Of a stretch of DNA of 64,000 bases, positions 32,337 to 40,134 are shown in pieces. Every line of letters starts with the position of its first letter. Position 1 is the first letter of the stretch. The translations under genes were made by a program, and so were the position numbers. This DNA is from an uncultured Bacteroidota bacterium (GTDB taxonomy: Bacteria; Bacteroidota; Bacteroidia; Chitinophagales; Chitinophagaceae): NCBI GenBank assembly GCA_903819975.1, contig CAIJFI010000013.1:1025-65024 (forward strand), in the 5' to 3' direction. Under the pieces are notes generated by a model. The model was given only the letters and a program-made list of their open reading frames with translations, made no database searches and was not told the DNA's origin.

Positions 32337-34670
32337 ATGAAAAAGTCTTCTAATATATTCCTATACGTATTCTCAGCACTTTATCTGATTGTACATTTTG
32401 TACCAGACTTAGACGGTGCTGATGTAATGGGTGCACAATGGTTGTATACCAGTGGGGTAGATTTATTAGTTTTAGGATATATTGTTTTCAATTACAAAGA
32501 TTACAAGGAAGCAATTAAAGGCGTCTTTAATATTAAGTTTACGCTAGTTTATAGTTTGTTTTTATTATGGGCATTCGGCTCATATTTTTATGCATTAAAT
32601 GGTACCGAAGCATTGGTTTGTTTAGCACGCTTAGTGAGTACTTTCTTAATATTCATGAACCTTTCTATTTTGTTGCACAAGAAAGATGTTAGAGAGGTTT
32701 ATAAAACTTTAGCATTATTAGTTTCCCTTGTTTTATTGTACGACGGGTTTAATGTAATCGTTGGCTTTTCCAATAAAGTTGGGGATATGTCTTTGGATAG
32801 TTTAGTGATAAGTTTAATGGGTAACAATGGCAACAAAAACGTAATGGCAGCAAGCCTTTTGATTAAATTCCCATTCGCCATCTATTATATTTTAAATACT
32901 AAAATCGCAGGTAAGGCAATTGGCATTGTAAGTTTATTTATTGGTGTATTTGCATTGTTTATATTAAATACCAGATCTACTTTTGTAGGTTTATTTTTAA
33001 TTCTTTTAATTTTTACTTTAACAACCGTTTATTTTAAAAGAAAGGCTGGTGTCAAATCTATTTTAATTCAGCTGGCTTTTTTTATTATCCCAATTGCAGT
33101 TGCATTTTTCTCTGCTAATATGGTTTTAGATAATGCAGTTAAAATGCAGGGAGAGCAAGGTGGTTATGGTACAGTTACAAAAAGGGTGGGAGATATCACA
33201 ATCGCAAAAGGAAGTGACCGTCTGCATTTATGGTCTGCTGCAATTGATTATTTCAAAAAACACCCACTTAAAGGAGCTGGATATGGCAACTGGAAATTGG
33301 CATCTATTCCCTATGAAAAAGAATATACCAATGACTTATTTGTTCCTTATCACTCTCATAATGATTACCTAGAAACCTTTGCGGACTTAGGTGTAGTGGG
33401 AGGAATGCTTTATGCTTTATTATTTTTACTGGTATTGTTATTTACGATTCGCATTTGGAAAGATGAAAAACTAAAGCAGTATCATTTTGTAGCAACCATT
33501 TCATTCATGGCCATCACATGTTATTTTGTAGATGCCTTTTTAAACTTTCCAACTGAGCGTACTTCCATGCAAACCATGCTTACGTTTTCTGCAGCACTTG
33601 TTTTTGCACCTTATTCATTCATCTACCTAAATAGTAAAGAAAAAGGGAGTGGCGTTTTGCATCAATGGTTGCCTAAAATATTTATTGCATTTTCTTTATT
33701 AATACTTATACCTTCTATTTACATTAATAAACAAGTTTACGAGTCTTTAAAGGTTCAAAAATATGTGATGGGAGAAATTGATGCTGATCCTAAAATGGCT
33801 TTGGCCGATGTAAAAGAGGCGTTCCCTCATTTTCCTAATTTGTCTACCTCTACATTGCCTATCAAGGCCTTAGTAGCAAGATATTATTATCGTGATAAAA
33901 TGTATGATGACGCATTGCGTTTATTAAGAGAATGTGAAAAGGACAATCCTTATTTATATTATACCGATTTTATTAAGACAGCTGTTTTTGCTTCATTGCA
34001 AAATTATGATAGTGTTTCATTTTATTCTAAGCGCGCTTTTTATAATTGGCCAAGAGCAACAAGTTATTATAAAAATGTAATTTTTGGTGCTGCAAGAAAA
34101 AAAGATACTACAGAAATTAACAAAGCATTTTCTACTTATATCAAATATCGTAACGAACCCGAAGGGTGGAATCAATACTTGTTAGCGAGGTTTGAATTAA
34201 TGGGAGGCACTAATAATCTTTCTCAAAAATTATTAGATAGTGCGATTAAATTATTTCCAAAGGATTCTACTACTTTTGTTAGAGTGCGTGGATTATTCGC
34301 TAGCAGTGGTGCTGCAATTGCACCAGCTGCCAATGATTATTTAACCAAGGGGATGCAGTCTTTTCAAAAAGGCCAATATACAACAGCCGCGCAGTTTTAC
34401 TTAAAAGCTGCAGAAGCAGATCCTAATAACTATACGCATTTTGAAAATATTGGCGTTTGTTATTATTCTGCAAAGCAATATGACAAGGCCTTGCCTTATT
34501 TTGACAAAGCTATTTTACTTCCTGCCGCTACAACTGGTAAGTCCGAATTTTACAAAGCAATGTGTTTGATTATGTTGGGTAAAAAAGACCAGGCTTGTGA
34601 TGCGTTGCAAATTGCAAAAAAGAAACACTTCCCAAATGTGGACCAGTACATTGCATCTAATTGTAAATAG
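32337..34670 (+). CDS. O-antigen ligase (Wzy_C) family membrane protein with C-terminal TPR repeats
   Basis: Multi-TM N-terminus; R…W…HPLKGAGYGNW and HSHNDYLE motifs; TPR-like helices at the C-terminus. Confidence 0.85.
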   Translation: MKKSSNIFLYVFSALYLIVHFVPDLDGADVMGAQWLYTSGVDLLVLGYIVFNYKDYKEAIKGVFNIKFTLVYSLFLLWAFGSYFYALNGTEALVCLARLVSTFLIFMNLSILLHKKDVREVYKTLALLVSLVLLYDGFNVIVGFSNKVGDMSLDSLVISLMGNNGNKNVMAASLLIKFPFAIYYILNTKIAGKAIGIVSLFIGVFALFILNTRSTFVGLFLILLIFTLTTVYFKRKAGVKSILIQLAFFIIPIAVAFFSANMVLDNAVKMQGEQGGYGTVTKRVGDITIAKGSDRLHLWSAAIDYFKKHPLKGAGYGNWKLASIPYEKEYTNDLFVPYHSHNDYLETFADLGVVGGMLYALLFLLVLLFTIRIWKDEKLKQYHFVATISFMAITCYFVDAFLNFPTERTSMQTMLTFSAALVFAPYSFIYLNSKEKGSGVLHQWLPKIFIAFSLLILIPSIYINKQVYESLKVQKYVMGEIDADPKMALADVKEAFPHFPNLSTSTLPIKALVARYYYRDKMYDDALRLLRECEKDNPYLYYTDFIKTAVFASLQNYDSVSFYSKRAFYNWPRATSYYKNVIFGAARKKDTTEINKAFSTYIKYRNEPEGWNQYLLARFELMGGTNNLSQKLLDSAIKLFPKDSTTFVRVRGLFASSGAAIAPAANDYLTKGMQSFQKGQYTTAAQFYLKAAEADPNNYTHFENIGVCYYSAKQYDKALPYFDKAILLPAATTGKSEFYKAMCLIMLGKKDQACDALQIAKKKHFPNVDQYIASNCK

Positions 34671-34758
34671 TTTACATCTTTCCTAGATTAGTATCTGTTA
34701 TGATTTGAGTCATTTTAATAGGCATTCTTATGTCCTAAATTGTATCAAATCTAATTTT

Positions 34759-35511
34759 ATGAAACGTTTACTAGAGAAAGTAGCAATTGTCACAGGAGCT
34801 GCTGGTGGTATGGGTGCTGCAGAAGCAAAGTTATTTGCTAAAGAAGGTGCAAAAGTTTTAGCGACAGATACCAACGAAGACAAATTAAAAAGCTGGGTAG
34901 TTGCTGCAAGAGCCGAAGGTCTCGAGATTGAATACATGAAACATAATGTGACAAGCGAGTCAGACTGGAAAAAAGTAGCCGATAAAGCAATGGAGCTTTA
35001 TGGTAGACTAGATATATTAGTAAATAATGCGGGTATTTATCCTGGATTTGTAAGTTGTGAGGACACGCCTATTGAATTATGGGGCAATATCATTGCCATT
35101 AATTTAACAGGTCCATTTATAGGTTGTAAAACCTGTATTCCATACCTAAGAATGTCAGGTGGCGGTTCTATTATTAATATTGCTTCAATTGCAGGCAAAA
35201 TTGGAGGAAACGGAACTGCATATTCATCTTCAAAAGGAGGCCTTGTTTTATTAAGTAAGGACTTGGCTGTTACATTGGCTAAAGATAAAATTAGAGTCAA
35301 CACCATTTGCCCTGGCTTTATCCTAACACCAATGACGGAGGACCTATTAAAGGCGCCAGGTATGGAAGAAACTATCAAGCAAACATCACCTCAAGGAAGA
35401 GCAGCTGATCCTATGGAAGTGGCAACTGGAGCTTTGTATTTAGCTTCAGACGAGTCCTCTTTTGTGACTGGCTCAGACTTGGTTATTGACGGGGGCTATA
35501 TTGCTAGGTAA
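34759..35511 (+). CDS. Short-chain dehydrogenase/reductase (SDR)
   Basis: TGAAGGMG, NNAG, YSSSK catalytic motif, NTICPG. ATG 34759 preferred. Confidence 0.93.
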   Translation: MKRLLEKVAIVTGAAGGMGAAEAKLFAKEGAKVLATDTNEDKLKSWVVAARAEGLEIEYMKHNVTSESDWKKVADKAMELYGRLDILVNNAGIYPGFVSCEDTPIELWGNIIAINLTGPFIGCKTCIPYLRMSGGGSIINIASIAGKIGGNGTAYSSSKGGLVLLSKDLAVTLAKDKIRVNTICPGFILTPMTEDLLKAPGMEETIKQTSPQGRAADPMEVATGALYLASDESSFVTGSDLVIDGGYIAR

Positions 35512-35569
35512 ATAGTTGGGATCTCTATAAACATATCTGCATACTTTTTGTTATCAATAAAAAGGAATT

Positions 35570-36163
35570 ATGAAAGCTTTATACATTACGTTATCGTTAG
35601 CCGCTATTTATTTTGTTTTTCAGTCTTTTATTGCAGCAAATGCTTTAAAAACGGAGAAGCAGAAGTATAGAATGGTATTAAAGGATGCTGAGCTGGAAAT
35701 ACGTTATTACCCATCAGCTACTATGGCAACTATATACTCCAAAGGAACTAATTACAAGGGCGTGGCTAACAATGGTTTCAGAAAGCTAGCTGGATTCATC
35801 TTTGGCGGTAACGAGGAAAAGAAAGGCATTTCAATGACGGCTCCAGTAAGAATGAATATGTCAGAAAAAGGTTCTGAAATGAGCTTTGTAATGCCAGAAA
35901 AATATAATGAAAGTACCTTGCCAAAACCCAATGATGCAAGTATTCGTATACATAAGTCGGCGCCTCAGTATGTTGCTGTGATAAGTTTTAGTGGATATGC
36001 AACAGACGAAAAAATACAATCTTATAAACATCAATTAGAGCAAATATTAGCTAAAAGAAATATTAAAATTACTGGCGATTATAATTTTTTAGGATACAAT
36101 GCGCCTTATCAATTTATTGGTAGAACCAACGAAGTTATAATCCCAATTGAATGGAAAGAATAG
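35570..36163 (+). CDS. SOUL heme-binding family protein
   Basis: GFRKLAGFIFGGN, ISMTAPV, MSFVMP, YNAPY. Confidence 0.9.
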   Translation: MKALYITLSLAAIYFVFQSFIAANALKTEKQKYRMVLKDAELEIRYYPSATMATIYSKGTNYKGVANNGFRKLAGFIFGGNEEKKGISMTAPVRMNMSEKGSEMSFVMPEKYNESTLPKPNDASIRIHKSAPQYVAVISFSGYATDEKIQSYKHQLEQILAKRNIKITGDYNFLGYNAPYQFIGRTNEVIIPIEWKE

Positions 36164-36420
36164 ATATAGACAGGGTTATTGAAATGGCCTGGGAGGATCG
36201 TACACCTTTTGAGGCGATTGCCATTCAGTTTGGATTAACCGAAGCTGATACCATTAAGCTAATGCGAAGGGAGTTGAGACGAAATAGTTTTAATCTTTGG
36301 CGTAAACGAGTTAATAGCGGGGTAAGTCAAAAACATTTGGTGAAAAGAAGTACCGATATTAAACGTTTTAAATGTTCAAGGCAAAAGGCGATTTCTATGA
36401 ATAAGATTAGCAAACGTTGA
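36151..36420 (+). CDS. TIGR03643 family protein
   Basis: DRVIEMAWEDRTPFEAI…FGL.E…MR.EL…SF.LWRKRV signature. Confidence 0.92.
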   Translation: MERIDIDRVIEMAWEDRTPFEAIAIQFGLTEADTIKLMRRELRRNSFNLWRKRVNSGVSQKHLVKRSTDIKRFKCSRQKAISMNKISKR

Positions 36421-36425
36421 TTTAT

Positions 36426-37016
36426 CTATGACTTCATTTGTCTAAAAGTAAGATTTATTCTAGGCGTTAAAACCTTTTTTGTCTTAGGTATTGCATGCCA
36501 CCAATTACTTTGTATAGTTCCTTTCATTTCTAATAAAGATCCGTTCTCTAAAAGAATGGAAAATGTTTCTTTAGTGGTTTTATGTTTAAACGAAAATTTC
36601 CTTTCTGCGCCCAAGCTTATAGAGGCAATAGAACTATTGGGAATTATCTCATTTTCGTCATCGCTATGCCATCCCATGCCCTCGTTACCGTTGTGGTATA
36701 AGTTTAATAGGCATGCATTGTATTTTACATTTGTACGTTGCTCAATGGCCTCTTTAATTTTCAACAAAGTACTATTCCAAATAAGCCCTTTTTTTGTTTT
36801 ATTTGAATAGGTGTATTCAATTCCGCGGTCAGCATAAAATGCAACTTTTCTTTTAGTGGTTATTTCTTTCCCAAACATCAATACCACTTCGTTACGCCAA
36901 TCAATATTGTTTAATAATTCTTCAAAAAAAACGCCTGATTCTTTATCATTAAAAATGTGTCCAAAATATATAGCAACGCCGTCCTTATTTATGATATTCG
37001 GAAAATTGTGCTGCAT
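36426..37016 (-). CDS. AlkB-like 2OG-Fe(II) dioxygenase (ALKBH2/3-type)
   Basis: CLLNLYHNGNEGMGWHSDDE; HAIPK; RINLTFR. Confidence 0.92.
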   Translation of the reverse strand: MQHNFPNIINKDGVAIYFGHIFNDKESGVFFEELLNNIDWRNEVVLMFGKEITTKRKVAFYADRGIEYTYSNKTKKGLIWNSTLLKIKEAIEQRTNVKYNACLLNLYHNGNEGMGWHSDDENEIIPNSSIASISLGAERKFSFKHKTTKETFSILLENGSLLEMKGTIQSNWWHAIPKTKKVLTPRINLTFRQMKS

Positions 37017-37108
37017 TGTTTTTAATTGTTTGTTTGTCCTATTTGTAGTGCTTTACTTTGCATCTTTAATTACAAAATAACAACAGTTTTGTTCTATAAA
37101 AATTTATT

Positions 37109-37870
37109 ATGCATACAAAAGTCGAAAAACTAAAAGAACAATTACAAGCAACACGTTCTAATTTACTAACGCATCCTGTTTATACGCAGATTAAGGATTT
37201 AAGTGGATTGCAAAATTTTGCACAATACCATGTTTTTGCAGTTTGGGATTTCATGAGTTTACTAAAGTCATTACAAATTAATTTAACATCAGTTACGCTT
37301 CCTTGGTTGCCAGTAGGATCGGCAAATAGTAGATATTTGATTAATGAAATTGTCTTAGGCGAAGAATCGGACATAGATGAGCAAGGCAACAGAATAAGTC
37401 ATTTTGAATTATATATGGCTGCTATGCGTCAAATGGGCGCTAATGTTAATCTAATTGAATCTCTATTAGGGTTTATTAGCAATGGATTATCAATTGACGA
37501 AGCGATTCAAAAGGCTCAAATGCCTGATTTGGTAAAACAGTTTTTGCAATTCACTTTTAAAATTGCGATACATGCTCCACTGCATGTTAAAGCTGCAGTT
37601 TTTACTTTTGGAAGAGAGGATTTGATCCCAGATATGTTTAATCAAATCTTAAATGAAATTTATAATGAGCATCCTGACAAAGTTTCTATATTCAAATATT
37701 ATATTGAACGTCATATAGAAGTTGACGGAGGTCATCATAGTCATCTGGCTTTAGAGATGGTTGCTGAGTTATGTGAAAATGATCCAATAAAATGGGAGGA
37801 AGCTACAGGGGCATCCATTCAATCCTTGCATATGAGGGCAAAGCTTTGGGATGCAATTTTAGTGAAGTAG
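37109..37870 (+). CDS. DUF3050 family protein (heme-oxygenase-like fold)
   Basis: HVFAVWDFMSLLK, INEIVLGEESD, SHFELY, FTFGREDLIP, RHIEVDGGHH. Confidence 0.88.
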   Translation: MHTKVEKLKEQLQATRSNLLTHPVYTQIKDLSGLQNFAQYHVFAVWDFMSLLKSLQINLTSVTLPWLPVGSANSRYLINEIVLGEESDIDEQGNRISHFELYMAAMRQMGANVNLIESLLGFISNGLSIDEAIQKAQMPDLVKQFLQFTFKIAIHAPLHVKAAVFTFGREDLIPDMFNQILNEIYNEHPDKVSIFKYYIERHIEVDGGHHSHLALEMVAELCENDPIKWEEATGASIQSLHMRAKLWDAILVK

Positions 37871-37872
37871 AA

Positions 37873-38028
37873 TTATTTTGCGTTAGGTGTAAACTTATTG
37901 TTTTTACAAGCGTCACTACAATATTTTATTGCTTCCCAACTGCGCTCCCATTTTTTTCGCCATGTAAATGGCCGCTGACAATGGAGGCATATTTTAGTAG
38001 GGAGGTTTTGTTTCTTAATTGTCTTCAT
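37873..38028 (-). CDS. DUF2256 family small Cys protein (51 aa; absent from the ORF track)
   Basis: Manual translation: [51 protein letters not shown]. Matches the LP.K.C..C.RPF.WRKKW…W…KYCS..C pattern. Confidence 0.9.
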   Translation of the reverse strand: MKTIKKQNLPTKICLHCQRPFTWRKKWERSWEAIKYCSDACKNNKFTPNAK

Positions 38029-38419
38029 GCGTGATATAAATAACAAAACATTACTTGTTTTGTTTACTGTTTTGTGTCAGTAGCCAAGCTGCTGGACTAA
38101 CTAATTTTTCTTAGAATTTGGCAAATAGGCGAAATCAATTTCATTGTTAAAAAACACTTGTTATAAAAAATTGAAATTGAGTAACTTAATTTATTAATAT
38201 GTAATTAGTACACATATTAGTGTGTCAAAAATTTGTCTACGACTAATATCGTTTAACAATAAAATTTACATACTAATGAACATTTGTATTATTTTAATGT
38301 TGTATTAGTACAACGATTGGCTTGATATTGCTTTGCATTATTGTTTAAAAAACATTAGTGACAGCCGTAATGAAAATGTAGAGTGTTGTGAATGAATATG
38401 TTCACCAAAACTCAACAAT

Positions 38420-39136
38420 ATGGATCATTTGTCCTTAATGTCAGTAGCAATTGCTAAAACTGACTATGTTTCTTTCACTTTTTTCGTAGGCACTATGGCT
38501 ATGATGGCCGCTGCTGTATTCTTTTTCATGGAAGTAAGTAATACAAGTAAAGAATGGAGAACTTCTGTACTTGTATCAGGTTTGATCACTTTCATTGCTG
38601 CAGTTCACTATTATTACATGAGAGGGTATTATGCAGAAACGCATGATAGTCCAACTTTCTTCCGTTACGTAGATTGGTTATTAACCGTTCCTTTGATGTG
38701 CGTTGAATTTTATTTAATCACAAAAAAAGCGGGTGGTACAACAAGTATTTTATGGAAGATGATTTTAGGCTCAGTAGTAATGTTAGTTACCGGTTATATG
38801 GGAGAAGCAGGTTTAGGTAATCCAACTTTATGGGGTACTGTAAGTGCTTTAGCATATTTCTATATTGTATATGAAGTATGGATGGGAGATGTGAAAAAAT
38901 TAGCTTCTAGCGCAGGCACAGCTGTTGCATCAGCGAATGCTGCACTTGGTTGGTTTGTTTTAGTTGGATGGGCAATTTATCCATTAGGGTATTTGATTGG
39001 CACTGCCGACGGACAATGGTATGCAAGTTTCAAAAATATTGGTATAGACATGAATGTCATTTACAATATTGGAGATGCTGTAAATAAAATTGGCTTCGGT
39101 TTAGTTATTTATAGCTTAAGTAGAAAATCTGCTTAA
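38420..39136 (+). CDS. Proteorhodopsin-type light-driven proton pump (DTE motif)
   Basis: RYVD85WLLT89VPLM93CVE96; His63 in helix B; D219 and Schiff-base K223 (GDAVNKIGFG); 7 TM segments. Confidence 0.97.
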   Translation: MDHLSLMSVAIAKTDYVSFTFFVGTMAMMAAAVFFFMEVSNTSKEWRTSVLVSGLITFIAAVHYYYMRGYYAETHDSPTFFRYVDWLLTVPLMCVEFYLITKKAGGTTSILWKMILGSVVMLVTGYMGEAGLGNPTLWGTVSALAYFYIVYEVWMGDVKKLASSAGTAVASANAALGWFVLVGWAIYPLGYLIGTADGQWYASFKNIGIDMNVIYNIGDAVNKIGFGLVIYSLSRKSA

Positions 39137-39148
39137 TATTTTTAGATT

Positions 39149-39182
39149 AACGATGGGGTAAATATTTTTACCCCATCGTTTT
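39149..39182 (+). terminator. Hairpin between rhodopsin and blh
   Basis: Perfect 14-bp stem aacgatggggtaaa-tatt-tttaccccatcgtt followed by tt. Confidence 0.75.
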
Positions 39183-39193
39183 AATATCATTCT

Positions 39194-40105
39194 ATGCAAA
39201 TAAAATTAAGATCCTATTTAATGTTGTTTGCATTTTTTCTGTATTTAATAGAGCTCCTATTTGCTCCTGGAGCCAGCACACAAATTTCCTTTTTAATATT
39301 AGTGCTCATTCTTTTTGGAGTGCCACATGGAGCATTGGATTTGTATATTGACCAACATTTACAAAAGACTGATAAGAAGCAAAATATATTTTTATTAAAA
39401 TATTTGCTAAATATAATTGTATATGCTTCAGTTTGGTATTTTTTCCCAATTATTGCATTGGTTATTTTTATTGCTATAACTGCTTATCATTTTGGAGAAA
39501 TAGATTGGATGGGAAAATCAAATACATTAATACATAAGTTTGTTTACACATTATTAGGGTTTGCTTGGATTTTATTTTTACTCACTAAAAATATCAACTT
39601 TGCGTTGGATATATTTTTAACAATGGGCAGATCTTCTATAAAGAAAGAATTATTGATAGACTTGGCAAATAAAATTTATCCCTATACGCTACTAACTATT
39701 GGGGTAGTAAATTTTATGCTTTTTATTTTTAAGACCCATTTTTTTGATAAAGTAGCTACATTTTATTTCTCATTGTTACAAACAGGTATACTTGTATGCT
39801 TTGTTTTGTTCATGCCCCTTTGGATTAGTTTTACTTTTTATTTTGGATTTTGGCATTCATTGCTTTCATTTGATAAAATCAGAATCAATTTTGAAGTTCC
39901 CAACACAACTTCGGGATGGGGTGGTTTACTTTTTAAAGCAGCTCCATTTTCAATCATGGCCTGGTTTGGTTTTGCTTACATCACTTTTTTAACTTTAAAC
40001 AGTAAGGACTCCTCCGGGATTTTTACGTTATTATTTATAAGTCTTTCAGTGCTTGCTTTGCCCCATTTACAGGTATTTACCAAGCTTAAATTAAAAAGTA
40101 ATTAG
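39194..40105 (+). CDS. blh: Brp/Blh beta-carotene 15,15'-dioxygenase (retinal synthesis)
   Basis: GVPHGALD, YHFGE, FWHS and ALPH His motifs; multi-TM; directly downstream of the rhodopsin. Confidence 0.93.
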   Translation: MQIKLRSYLMLFAFFLYLIELLFAPGASTQISFLILVLILFGVPHGALDLYIDQHLQKTDKKQNIFLLKYLLNIIVYASVWYFFPIIALVIFIAITAYHFGEIDWMGKSNTLIHKFVYTLLGFAWILFLLTKNINFALDIFLTMGRSSIKKELLIDLANKIYPYTLLTIGVVNFMLFIFKTHFFDKVATFYFSLLQTGILVCFVLFMPLWISFTFYFGFWHSLLSFDKIRINFEVPNTTSGWGGLLFKAAPFSIMAWFGFAYITFLTLNSKDSSGIFTLLFISLSVLALPHLQVFTKLKLKSN

Positions 40106-40134
40106 TTAACTTTAAGGTTATATAATTACTTGTC

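Noticed and set aside
37792-38034. 80-aa plus-strand ORF
   Set aside because: It is the antisense shadow of the DUF2256 gene and overlaps the DUF3050 end.
38029-38419. Riboswitch upstream of the rhodopsin
   Set aside because: No cobalamin, TPP or other aptamer consensus was recognisable; the region is simply AT-rich.
38420-39136. Na+ or Cl- pumping rhodopsin
   Set aside because: The helix C motif is DTE, not NDQ or NTQ.
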